This document shows, in pieces, positions 1 through 12,605 of a DNA stretch of 64,000 bases. This DNA comes from Paraspadella gotoi (lineage: Eukaryota; Animalia; Chaetognatha), in NCBI GenBank assembly GCA_051294375.1, contig CM119266.1:6589431-6653430 (forward strand), read 5' to 3'. A program made the position numbers and the translations under genes. Under the pieces are notes generated by a model. It was not told the DNA's origin. It did no database searches and saw only the letters and a program-made list of their open reading frames with translations. Position 1 is the first letter of the stretch; every line of letters starts with the position of its first letter.

Positions 1-1512
1 GAGGGTAAGGAGGGGGCAGCGGCGGCGAAGTCGGGATCGGAGAAGCGCCGCTCTTTCGCTCCCGACTCGGCACGGACGAAGAGTTGGAAATGTAAGGAGG
101 CGAAACCCACGGCGCCTCCAGCCTCGTTCCCATCACGGAGGCGCCGGAAGACGACCCGGCCGGAGATCGATTCGCTTGCAGAGAACTGTTCTCTTTGCTC
201 GCCTCGTTCCTCATGCAATCCACCCACAGGCTGTCCAAGCTGTACGGATCCAGCAGCTCTTGGAATATCTGTTGAGATTCTTGAAAGTGGCCGGGGGTTG
301 AACCGGCGCTGACGGCGCCGTCCTTGACCGGCCCTTGGCTCGACGCGGCGTCGTCGAGCGTCGAATGGGAGAGTCCAGAGTTGGCGTTGGCCGAATTGTA
401 GACGCGATCAACGTGGGCGTCTATGACGTCGAAGCAAAGCGCCACCAAGTAGTCTCCAGTGTTGAACACGGCCACGTCGTTGATCTTCAATGAGATCGTC
501 GGCAGAAAGAAAGGGTAAGGGGAGGTAAGTTCGAAACGAAAGTGGACAGAAAACCCGTGGCGGAGGCAGCGTGCGTCCGCCTTGAGGCTTTTGGCGCGGG
601 CTTTGGCGCAGGCCGCGCAGCCCGAGAGTGACGGTTTGGCCAAGATGGTGACGTGGCAGAGATTATCGCCCGTCTCGCCCATGTCACCCGACGTGTCCGG
701 GCAGGCGCTGTTGACCAGGTAGACGGGGCAACCGTAGACCAAAAGGTAGTCGGAGTTGCCCCACTCGCAGACGTACAGAAGAAGTTCCTAGGAAAATGGA
801 AAAATTGGCTTTTAAAGATTTGCAAAGGCAAGTCTTACAAATATCAAGTTTTGTAATAGCAGGATTGGCCACAGGTTAATTTAGCCTTGAGACTGACCTG
901 CATGTGAAGTTTGTTGTGGTCAGAATCCCCGAAGAGCGCAGATTCGGCGACCTTGACCAGATTCGCACCCGGTTGAAATCGCCACCAACACAGTTTATAA
1001 TCGTAGTGCAGCGAGCCATCGCCGACACGCTCCGTCGAAGTGTAGGACAGGATAAAGTTTCCGTCTCTCGTAAAACCGAGAAAGACATGCCCGTTCCTGA
1101 GCGGCTCCTCCCCGGCCAAGCAGGGCAAGCAGAGGGGCTTTCTCTGCACGGGGATAGACCGCATGTCATGAGTGCTGTGGAGATAGCAAGCGTCGAGCCC
1201 TTTCTGCAGCCCGAAGCAAGAAGTGACGACGTAGCGACGAGGCTTTCGAGGGACGTCGATCTTGTGAAGATCCTTGACGTAGCATTGGAGACGAAACTCA
1301 TTTGATCTGTCGTTCTTGGCGTAAGGAAATGTTCCAGTCCGCTCCCGTTCTTGTAGACTGTGGAGCAAAGAGAACTTGCGGGAGCGTTTGCCGACACCAG
1401 CGGCGTTGACGGCGTTGCTCTTGATCAGCAGCCGATCGCGTTGGGAATTGGAGCGGTCGGAGCAAACTGGGATCCGCTTGGGGATCCGGCCCGAACGACC
1501 GGGCGATGACAT
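1..1512 (-). CDS. DCAF15: DDB1- and CUL4-associated factor 15, 5' partial (exon 1 1512-898, exon 2 787-<1)
   Basis: GHVFLGFTRDGNFILSY...YKLCWWRF matches the DCAF15 N-terminal GHIFLGFSKCGRYVLSY...YHLYWWEF pattern. A GT-AG phase-0 intron (897-788) joins to ELLLYVCEWG...GCAAC...CLRHGFSVHFRFELTSPYPFFLP...VFNTGDYLVAL, matching the DCAF15 CAAC...CLRHGF zinc-site region. The frame stays open to the window edge. Confidence 0.9.
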
Positions 1513-4500
1513 AGTCGTTTCGTGGATATTTACAGTAATTAATTGGGCTAAATTTAATTTTCGCCGACCCCGGTTTTGGCGGCTTTTGAATTACTACGGC
1601 TTTTTTAATTACTCACAATACCAATATTTAGAAACTCGTTTTTCCAGGAAAGAGGATTTAAGATTAAATTAGCAACCTTCTTTTCTTCTGTACAACTACA
1701 AGGGATTGCAATTTAATGTTTTAGTTGTGCTTGTTGCTTGGTCTTCTGCTCGCCCTGCCGTCCGCCGCCGTCTCGCTCCGACTGCTACCGCTGCTGCGTC
1801 CGCCGCAGACTTTTGACTCGAAATCCGCCAAACGCGATTTTCTTTTATTTCTCTTTCAGTTCGACCGTTGCGGCAGCGACGACTGCGGAGGGCGCGGCCG
1901 CCGCGGCGTCGACTGAACCGGCGGCGGCGGCAGCGTTCGGATTGAGTTCAACTCGAGAAGAGGATTTTTTTTTTTCGTCGATGAGCGAAAAAAATCCGTT
2001 GGAGAATCTTTTTGGGGGAAAAAGAGAATTAGAAAAAAAATATTGCAAAACCACTTTTTCGACCGGATCTTGTTTTTTCTTCTGGCGGGAGGAGACCGAA
2101 CCGACAAGTCTAGCGAACGTGAGGGAGGGAGAGAGAGAGAGAGACAGTCTCTATCTAATTCGTAAGTCAGCGCCTCCGACGAAGCGTTCCACCCGGCCGG
2201 ACACTTCCTCCCGCATCTTGGAGGAAAAAAAGAGCTCTTTTCGCCCTGGAGGATATTTTTTGACCACAGGATTTCCTCTTAACATCTTTTCTACCTCATC
2301 TGGATATTCTCCACCTACCCTAGGATTGGTTTATTCTATCCTCTGGTAAGTCAAGGAAAAGTTTTTATTTTTCCTGCGTCAGGGATAAATTATTTATCTC
2401 ATTATCTATCTATCTAATTTGTTGCTTGTTGCATAAATTGAAAACTTTTTACACACATGATGAGCAATATTTCTATTAGTATTTAATATTTTTGATAGTT
2501 TATTATATTTTATATATATAGTTTAATAGTTTTGATACGTAAACATTTTTCAAATACAAACATTTGGTTTTCAAGTGATTTTGGTTTTTTTAAATATGAA
2601 AACCAGCAGCTGACTAAGTTACTGCTTCAGTGACGTCTTTTTGACAGTAAGGTAATCACCCGATTGAGACGTTGGTGGTAAATCGAGACATTAATCACTT
2701 CCTTCGTACTCCTTTTTTTTTGTTTTTTTTTGTCTCAAGAACATTGAATCTTAGCAACCGCAAACACGCCCTTCCAACTTCAACCATCGTCCTCCCGTCG
2801 ATCGCACTTTAAAAATGTGAACTCTCGTTCATGGTTCAGACTTGGCCACAGGGTTCATGACAATTATAAAACAATCAATAAATTGAACAGTTTCATCTTC
2901 AGATTTCATTAAGCGTTTTTTTTTTTTAAATATAATTATCCCGCGAGGTTGAAATTTGACGTGACACGATGATTTAGGATCGGCTCGTTTCTTCGGAATA
3001 GGCGATCGTTAAATGACTAATGTTATTCAAAATGTTTTCGGTCGGCCCTGTCGAACAGCGCGTTAATGTCCCGTTTAAAAAACATCTTTTCTTTTTTTTT
3101 ATCATACATCAAGCTTATATGTGAAGTAAGAAAAGTTTTCGCTGCACCTAAAACAAACGTCGATCACTCTTTTAAAGTATTATATTTCTAGCTGAGATAA
3201 TAATGACGATGAATGATGATGGATGATTATGATAAATATAAATTCCTTCGAATCAGATTCACGAGTCTTCAAAAGATTTCATTGCGATTTCTTAGCCTCT
3301 ATTCTTCGCTTTTATCTCCAACCTCGAAGGAGAGATCTTGCCTCAAATATTGTAAACAAACTCATGACTTGTACCAGATTCCCAAAATATTTATCGAATA
3401 AATTACATTCGCTTTTAATGGTGTAAAAGTGTTTATATCAGGTTGTACTACTTTTTCTCCGAAAGTTAATCGTTAAAACTAAAACCACTGTTGTTCTTAG
3501 CCGCGGGCTATCGTGGGTTTCAACCTCACATTATCTCTCAAAAACGCGAAATGGATTTTTCAATCCTGAAGAGAAAAAAAAAAGGTGGCTTCTGTTTCGT
3601 TGGTTTCTGTTTTACGTTATTATCAAGTCCGAAAGAGACTTTGAGGCCTTTCAGACTTTGAGGCCTTTGAGCCAGACATTCGATCCGAGCCCAAGGCGAT
3701 GACGACGACGACGAACTTTTTTCATCCTTTTTGTGTCAGGGTTAGAACTCGGGGAGAAAGTCGGTCCGGAGCGAGGAGGTATGAACCTGAGAAACCAACG
3801 TTGCTTTTTGAGAGATTCTAAAAATAGATTATAAAGTGAAGAAATTAATAGATACAGATTTTGTTTTTATTTTTTTTTAATTGGAGTTTCGGTTTTAAAC
3901 TTAGTATCATTCGGCTCACGTCATTTAAGAATTAAGCTCAGGCGCCAAGCCCAAGGACTGACGTAATGTGAAGTAAGCCTCTGACTACTTTAGTTTCTGG
4001 ATAATTCGGCGGTGGGGGGGGATTGTCAAGTTCGTCGCCTAAAGGTAATTGAATTTCACCGATGATAACAACGATAACAAATGAAGGTTGATCGACTTGT
4101 GGGTCAGAGCGAAGGAGATCTTTGGGTCTTGAGGTTTTCTCCTCGAGATTTCATCCATTTCCACGAAAAACAATAAACATTAAATCTTCAATAAACATTT
4201 CTCTTTTGTCTTCTGCTCTGGCGTCGCTGAGCAAAAAAAAACAATAAGATCGCCGTCTCCTCCCAACGAGTGAAAGGTTAACGAGAAAAGGAAGAGATAT
4301 GTTTTGATAACTTGGCACTGATTAAACGAATGAAATAAATATTTATTTAAAATAAAATTTAAAACTAGAAATACCTGTCTCTTAATTGGTAACCCAAAAA
4401 GTAGATATTTGAGTACACAAAAATTTGATTTTGAAAATCCTAAGCTGTTAGACCCTCCGATCAAAAACACTTAACATATGGCATATGATATGCGTGCTTT

Positions 4501-5303
4501 AAATTTAAAGACTGTTGGTGTTTTTGAGTTCTTTATTTAAATTCGAAAAGTGAAAAAAAAAATAAGACAATCGAAATGAATGGCGGTTTTTTCATTCCGT
4601 CCCTCTCCGCTAATACGATTGGCAGGATCGAGTCGAATAATTAAAACAAAACGCATGAGTAATAATCGAATTAAGGCGAAAATAAAGATGTTCAGCGTCG
4701 GAGACAGTCCTCCTCCGCCGCCGCCGAACTCTGTCGCCTTTCTCACGGAGAAGATTCAAAGATCGATCCCTCTCGGCTTTTTCGGGATGACAGAACTGTC
4801 GCGCCATCGCGGACCACGCGCTCCATTTTATTCCTTTATATTTACAAATTGTTTATTTTTTTCCCTCGATTGCTTTGATATTTGTCCGCGATTCGATCCG
4901 CCCGGTTTTTTTTTTTAAATTCTGTTTATAAGCTTAAATTTTCGTCTCGTTCTCGAATAACTTTGGTGCGTAGAACCAATTTTTTAAAAAAAATTTTGGT
5001 GTTGAAAGAAAAAAAGGAACTAATTTGGTTGAATTGCTTTCTGTAACCAGTTCTCTTCCCGTCTTTAAAGTATGATAGCGACTTGTCTTTTATTTTTCCC
5101 ACACTGAATTCATTAATCCTCTCATAATGAACCGTTCGCTGAACGGCAGCGTCGACGCATGTAATGACGTCAGAAGCGCCACCGAAAAATCATCGTCTAC
5201 AATTGAGTCTTACCGCGTTTTTCTTTCGTTTGTCCCGTTTAAACTAAAAAAAAAATTAAAAAAAAAATTGTCGACGAATTTCGTCGCGCGGTTTTTCTTC
5301 TAA

Positions 5304-7875
5304 ATGCGTTATCGCCTGGATACGCGTCTGCTTCGCCGGCTCGTTTACATTTTCGCCGGAGGCTTCCTTCTCTGGACGATCTACTTTTTCGTCGCCGTCA
5401 TCCTGGAGCCCCCCGCAGACCCTTACGCGTTGTGGTCGGATCATGCGGAACTCGTGGCTGAGATCGTCGACGCGCACGAAGACGATCGATTCGAGTTCAC
5501 ACTCTACATGTCTCACCTGTCCAAGATCGAACAGGATCACCTCAGGTGTTCCGTGTTTTTGTTCTATTCCTGACAAAGGAAGAACGAATTTCTTTGTTGA
5601 AGACGTTGACTCATTTGAAGAAGACTTTTATTGGCTTGGTATCTGATGGCTTTGAAATAGCGGGTGCTCTGACACTAACTTCTTTGGGATTAAATTGATC
5701 AAGGAAGAAATTTATTTCGAACGACGTCTTTTGTTTTTTCTTCGATCGTCAAGAACCGCGGAGAAGACCGACTATCCGCGCGAGTGGGATCGTGTGCCAC
5801 GCCCTATCGTCATTGACCCCGGAGCGTCAATATCTCACGTTTACGCCGACGCCGCCTCGGCGAGACCCTCCGAATACTACGATTATCCCAACAACTACGT
5901 CCTGTGGCGAAGTTTGGAATCAGGTGTCCCATCGCCTTCCGTCTCTTGTTCTTTTTATCGCCGTCCTTCGTCCAGATTGTATACTTTTATCGGTCAGAGT
6001 TCGTTGTCGGCGCGAAACTCGGTCGCGGTCACTACTGCGACACCTTCGAAGGTCACGACCTCAAGACCGGCTACAATGTGGTCGTTAAGAAGTTGAATCC
6101 CGTTCGGATCGACAAGGTCGGCATGGCGACAGTTGGAGGAAGGGGTTGAGATCGGCAGGCGGTTTTGGTCGTGTAAAAATAAGGAGTTATGGTCGGTAAA
6201 GGTCTGAGGTTATGAGGGATTTAAGGAGGTTGCGGTTGGAACGGGATTGGGGGTCAGAAGGGGTTAAGGTCAGCAAGGTAAAAGGGATAGGAAAAGATAT
6301 TTGATCTAATCGATATAAAAGGTTTTTTAAATAAAATAAACTGTTCAATGAACAGTGTTCATTTACTTTTCTTAACCTCCTCTTCCAAAAAAGATAAAGC
6401 GAGAGATTTCCATCTTGGAGCGGGTCAAGTCTATTCGTCACGTGACAGCGTTGATCGCGACTGTCCGAAACGAGAACGGAATCCCGTGTCTCGTTTTTCC
6501 CTACGAACCTCACGACGCGCAACTCTTCCGAGACATGACCGTCCGTCAGGCGAGGTTCGGGTCAACTAGAAATCCGAGAGATACCTTTTTTAGTCCAGGG
6601 ATTTTGTTCCGCATTCTTCCGTCGCCGCAGGTTCTACTTCCGTCAACTGCTGCAGGCGCTGGACAACATTCATTCTCGAGGGATCATGCATAGGGATATC
6701 AAGCCGTCCAATCTTCGCGTCGACTTTCAGAAAGAGAATTTGGTAGAGGGAGGGCGTTGGGAAAATCGAGATTTAGGCAAAAAGTGGGAAAGATTGAAGA
6801 AAGTCCGTGTATGGCGTTGGACACCGAGTAGTTTGGGAAGAGTCAGTAAATGACCGGTTCATTGTGAAATTATGGTCTCTTTGTTACCGGACGTTTGGGT
6901 CTTAATCGGGCCATCCCTCGCTCAGGTGCTCATCGACTTCGGCCTTTCCGAGTTCTACCTTCCCGGTGCCAAGTACAACTCGGCAGTCGCGACCAAAACC
7001 TACAAAGCGCCAGAACTTTTGCTCGGATTCAGAAACTACGATTACGCGGTAAAACGAGTCGCCCGTCTCGATTTCCCTCCGGCCGTCGTCACATTCAGTC
7101 CGTTAGCTTTTTGCGTCCTCATTTCCCCCCCCCCCTTCGTCTCTATCGATCGCTCGCCTCCCTCTCAGGTGGACATGTGGTCAGTGGGCGTGATTCTCGC
7201 CGAGAAGATCTTCGGCTCCATCGGTCATTTCTTCAAAGCGGAGGACAAGTACGAGATGGTCGTCGCCGTCGGAAACGTCTTGGGTCTCCAGGGAATGAGG
7301 GATTACGTGGAAAAGTACGACATCAACATCACCAGAACGGTGCGTTCGTTGCTCGGTCTTTCAATTCCGATCATCTTTGTTATCGTTGTCGATCTGGAAA
7401 ATCTCGCCAGACGGAGCGCAACATGCGTCGAATTCAAACGCGACGACGAGTTCCGTGGCGCCGGTTTTTTCCTCCGGATGTCGATCTGTCGCACGGCGTC
7501 GCCGGCGCCGCCGTCGATCTAATCGACAAACTCTTGGTCTACGATCACGCGACGCGACTCACGGCCAAAGAGGCGCTGCGTCATCCCTTCTTCACCATGG
7601 AGGACGATTTGGCGGCGCCGGTCGCCGCGCCGATCGCCATCAACGCCTCCAGCGAAGTGAAAGCTCAGTGGAGTAGCGGCGGTGGTGTATCGCGGCTGGC
7701 GGCGTCGTACGACGCCGCGGAAACCGACGTCGAGACCGAGTACGAGGGCGGCGACGTTAGCGGCGGCGGAGAGAGTGGCGGCGACGGCGTTGGCGGCGTT
7801 GGCGGCGGTGGGGACGTGACGGTCCCGAGTTTCGTTGAGGAAGTGACGCCAGCAAAGATCGCGCGACGTCGTTGA
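5304..7875 (+). CDS. Divergent casein kinase II alpha-like Ser/Thr kinase with N-terminal transmembrane signal-anchor (~520 aa, 8 exons)
   Basis: Predicted exons 5304-5545, 5754-5923, 5998-6116, 6394-6554, 6631-6742, 6926-7048, 7169-7339, 7411-7875; all GT-AG and phase-compatible (1563 nt). CK2-alpha-type motifs: SHVYAD...RPSEYYDY, KLGRGHY, VVVKKLNPV..KIKREI, IMHRDIKPSN, IDFGLSEFY, YKAPELL, DMWSVG, DKLLVYDHATRLTAKEALRHPFF. Hydrophobic segment LVYIFAGGFLLWTIYFFVAVIL at aa 13-34. The exon 1-2 join is the least certain. Confidence 0.88.
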
Positions 7876-7945
7876 TTTTTCTCATTTTGTCTTATTTTCT
7901 TTGACTTTGTTGATCAAATTCAATGTCTCTATTTTTTAATTCGAT

Positions 7946-7951
7946 AATAAA
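7946..7951 (+). terminator. Putative polyadenylation signal of the kinase gene
   Basis: AATAAA ~70 nt after the TGA at 7875, in a U-rich 3' UTR. Confidence 0.5.
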
Positions 7952-8096
7952 TTATTTTTAGTAATTAACTCCTAAAAGTGGTTAATATTTTTTTCTCAAA
8001 TAATTCGTCCTCGAAAATTTAAGCTCGTCTTAGGTTCGTTTCTCGACGTCCGACGCGATCCTCAGGATCTTTTGTTTTTTTTTTCGATGATCGACG

Positions 8097-10847
8097 ATGG
8101 AAGCGAAAAAGGCCGAGGATAACAACAACAACAACGAACTCGACGCGACAAACGGCGTCATCGTCGTCGACGAGAGTCTCGAGGTCGACCCGACTTCCGC
8201 GGATCCCGTCCGGAGATCCTCGATCAAATCCCGAGGGTCGGAGAGTCCTTACGGGTCCCCGGCGAATCACTCCATCTTGAAACGCGGGGACAAAATGTCA
8301 GACGACGAAGGAGAACAAAAGAAAAAATCACCGGAAAGAAATTCGACGGGAAAAATGGTTCAATTCGTTTTGCCACAGGGAGACGACGACGACAGTAGCG
8401 ACGATGAAGACGACGACGACGACGCGGATTTCGACGACGAAGTCGACGCGAAACTTGATGAAGTCGTCATAGAGTTTTCTGAGGAGGAAGAGGAGGAGGA
8501 GAAAGTGGCAGGGAATGAGAAAGAAAAAGAATTAAAAACCGGCGTCGAAAACAGCGCCGGAATAGAAGATCTATGTAGCGTCGGCGGCCACGACGCCGAT
8601 CTAGTTTCATCGGCGTCGTCGCCTCGATTCTTCGACGACGAAGCGACGGAGCATTTCTCAGAAATGAGAGGCGAGGAATTGCCGACGATCGAGGAAGACG
8701 ACGACGATGACGACGACGGTAGCGAAGAAGACAATGACGACGAAGATATGAACTCAAAGAATCAAATCGATGACGTCGCCCACAAACCAATTCCTACCTA
8801 CGCCACGCCCACTTCTCAATTTGCTGCATCCTCACCCGCCCCACCAGCAGCGCCTGCCCCACCAACGCGTCAAGGAACTTACCTCCAGAAGTACCTTCAA
8901 TCCTGCGGCGCCGCCAACGCCAACGCCGGCGCCGACAACGCCGTCCGCGGCGGACCCAAGTTCGCGTCTCTTCCTCGAAAGTTTCGTCTCGTCGACGTCT
9001 ACGAATCGAACCCTGCGTCGGCTGCTGCGGCGTCGCCGGCGTCTTACGGCAGCTCGAAGGTGGATTCTCCCGAAGGCGTCGTCGCCGGCGCCGTTAAACG
9101 ATTCTCCTTCGGGGCGCCGGAGACTGACCCTTTCACGGCGGCGTCATCGCCGGACGGACGATGGTCGTCAACGTTGTCGTCCTTCAAAACGGCGTCGTTG
9201 CAACGCGACGGTTCCGCAATGCGACGTCGCAGCGCCGGCGCGGAAGTGGGATCGAGTGGCGCCGTCGAGAACGACTTGAATTGGCTGAAGGGAAAAAGCG
9301 GCAGCAACCCGAATCTCCTCGACGGTTTCCCCGCGGCTGACGCTGCCGCTGTCGACGGTAAGAAGAATGCCGAGTCCGGTGACGCGGCGGCGCAGCGGCT
9401 ACGGGCGTCGCTGCGGCGGAAGCTGCTCGACGCTGGCGTCGTTTTTACGAGAGACGACGTCGACGCAATGCGTCGCGGCGGCAGCGCCGCCAGTCTGCCA
9501 AAAGAGTTTTTGCGGCGCCGAAAGGACGCCGTTGGAGCGATGGAGACTAAGACAACTGAACCGATTTCATATTTTGAAAAAAACGCGGCGAAGGAGGCAG
9601 CGGGAGCGGCAGCGGAAGCAGCAGCGGCTGAGTCGATAGATGCATCGTCGAAAAATCTGGAGGATTCATTGGCAACGACGACAATTGCGACGATGTCGTT
9701 GGAGGCGACGGAGGCGACGACAATCTCGATAACAACAGATGAAATAAAGTCTGACTTTACAGAAGAAGAGAATCAGCAGAATGAGATTCAAAAAGAAGAA
9801 ATTTTGGAAGAAAATGAAATTGATGACCTCAGCAATGAGATGATTGTAAAAGAAAATATTGAAATCTCGATGGAAGAGGAAGAGAGAAACGAAATGACAA
9901 TTGAAAAAGATGAGGAAGATAAGAAAGAAAATAACGAGGATCAAGAAAACTTGACCGAAGATGAAAAAGAAACAGAAAATGAGGAAGAGAAACAAACAAA
10001 AAATGTCGAAGAAAAGAAAGAAACGAATAGTGACGACATCGACACAAAATCGGAGGATTTGGCGCCAAATCCTAAATCTACTCCAAATCTAAATCCGATC
10101 GACGACGAAACTTTGAAACGTGAGAGACGAGATGTCGCTGCAAACGCGATCGCTCCAGGTCAAACAAAAGAACAAGATGTAGCTGAAAACGCTGATTTTG
10201 TTAATTCGAAATCCGTACAAGAAAATTTGCACGATACTGCTGAGAATATATATGCAAAACGAGATGTTACGGCAAATCTTAACCCGGTGGATGATAATTC
10301 AGTAGCGGACACAAATTCTGTAACTCCTCAAATTCAAGAAGAAACTCCGATCGCTAAAACTGTTGAGTCTTCAATACCAGAGGAGGGCAAATCAAATCTC
10401 GCCTTAGAAACCGCAAATGACCCTCCTTCTGTTGAAGCAAATGCAATGCAAGATACATTATTTAATTCAAATTGTACGAAAGATGCGGAAACGAAAACAG
10501 ATACCTTGAACTTACATTCTACTCAGAAAGAAATCCCGCATTCGATAGAAAATGAAAAACCACATCAAGATTCACTTCAACCAAAATCGACAGAAGACTC
10601 GTCAGCAAATTCTGACGTTGTCTCCCAAAACTCACAAAACGCAGAGTCAAACAATAAATCCGGCGGAGATAAAACTCGAACTAAGAAAATCGCGCCGAAG
10701 CCGCCGCCGCGGCCGCCGTCAAAGCCGCGGCAGGACCGAGATGGGGCGCCGCCTTTGACTTTGGCGCCCTCTTTCGAGCCACAGTTGGCGCAGACTTCAT
10801 CGCCGTATTTGACGGAAGACGAGAATCCTCCAAAGAAACGCCACGTC
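8097..10847 (+). CDS. Large acidic/disordered coding exon (917 codons); probable alternative first coding exon A of the septin-7 locus
   Basis: 933-codon ORF with exon-like composition, ending at a strong phase-0 donor GTC|GTAAGT (10847/10848). No other + strand gene body is visible before the septin exons, and the shared exon at 48851 has a phase-0 acceptor. Linkage to the septin is inferred. Confidence 0.7.
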
Positions 10848-12240
10848 GTAAGTCGGGGCTTTTATTCGTTATATTGCCTTCAGAAATTTATCTTTTAAGA
10901 GTAAGAACAATTGTCTTGAATTAGTGATAAAACCCTTAATAAATTAGCAGTCCTTGAGCTTCGGATAAAACTCTAGCACCATACAGCATACTCCAGGTGG
11001 GTTAAACCCCAGACCTTTGACGACGCTTTGACGACTCATTTGTCTCCGGTTCAAGTGAAGTGGGTGAATTATAAGACATCACATCTTTTACTTTTTTGCA
11101 TGGATTATCAGCAAGCGAGTCATTGTTCATTTCTTTTTACTTCGTACGTTTCAAAAACTTCAGTGATGGTTATAATTTAATTTGAGTGGTGTACTGCGAG
11201 CTAAATATACTATTTAAGGTTAGAAGAGGAAAAATAAATTAGCTTCGAACAAAAACTCAACCTCATTAACTGTCGTCAACTATTTTGTGGTTTAAAAAAA
11301 GTTCAAGCTATGTTTTTAAATTTAAAAATAGACAAACGCTTGTCACTATGTCGTAAGTACATTTTTAAATTGACAAATGCGTTTTCTACTTAAAACCTAA
11401 ATCGTCTCTTTGTTTCGTCGGGAAACATTTTAATTTTATATGCACGGTACGCATAATTGTATTATTTCTGAAAAATCCCATATGTTTTTTAAAAAAATCC
11501 CACGGAACTAAACCTCGACGACTGTCTAAATTTTTTAAAAACCTGATAATTTTATTTTAAAACTCAAGTGTCGGTCATAATCTAAGTTATACATAAGTCA
11601 TAATAGCTGCTCTGTGATTTTGTAAAAAAAAAGTTAATGTTTTTCTAAAAGCCCTTGAGTTTCGCGTTATCATTTAAAAAAAATATTCTTGGAAGCGGAA
11701 AAGCCTTTCCGGAAATAATGGTCCCATTAGATTGAGAAATACAACACAAAATGTTTTGGTTGAGAAATTTATTTTATCCACTCATTACAACAAATTTCAA
11801 ACGTCACTTATTGAGCTTTTCTTATTTATCCCAATTTTATCAGGTAATTATATTCTTTCTTTCCTCTTTATTTAATTTTTTTATGATGAGAATAAACGAG
11901 ATTTATCTCAATAATTTTTGTTTTCATTGTTTTTTTTGTCTAAAACTTCCTGGTTAGAATTGGGAGAAAATCGTGAATTTTTTTTTTTTGATGTTATCAT
12001 TTGGAATTTTCTGGTTTTTCCAAAGAATCGTTGAGGTCAAGAGTCTGGTTGTGATAAGATTGTGACTGGTAGGAAAGAGAACTGATAGAGGAGTGTGAGA
12101 AGAGAAGATAACGGAATAGGAATGAAATATAACTTAAATACATATAAAACAATTTTGTGGTTTTTTTTTTAATTCTAACAAAATTTTTTTTGTTTTTTCT
12201 CCAATTTTCTTACCCTTTCCTTCAATCGTCGACTCACCAA

Positions 12241-12250
12241 ACAGGTAAGT
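12241..12250 (+). other. Candidate recursive splice site (zero-length exon) ACAG|GTAAGT
   Basis: More than 100 nt free of AG, pyrimidine tract and upstream TTCTAAC, then CAG immediately followed by a perfect donor GTAAGT. Confidence 0.5.
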
Positions 12251-12605
12251 TTAAAAAAAAATCCTTTCAATTTATTTCGCACAATAGAATTAGCTTATGA
12301 GTGACACTTATAAGTAGAACTGTTATTCAATAAACGAGACTAGTTTGGGTTGACACCAAATAACAAATAAGATATTTGACTTTTTGAAATATAGGGTTCT
12401 TAACCAAAACTTATATAATTTGAGTGAGAGTGAAAGAAACTGAAAGATATCTATGGATACTGAAGAGAGAAACATTGGATTCTTTAAAAAATGTTACAAT
12501 TGACAAAAACATACATTTGTTGCCTGCAGATTCACGATATTAATTTTTTTCATTAAAATTTTATTTTTTTTTTTAGAGACCTTTTAGAGAGAAAACTTGT
12601 TAATG

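Noticed and set aside
6872-7522. ORF-track 216-aa and 326-aa kinase ORFs as separate proteins
   Set aside because: They read through introns; the spliced model places all kinase subdomains in one frame.
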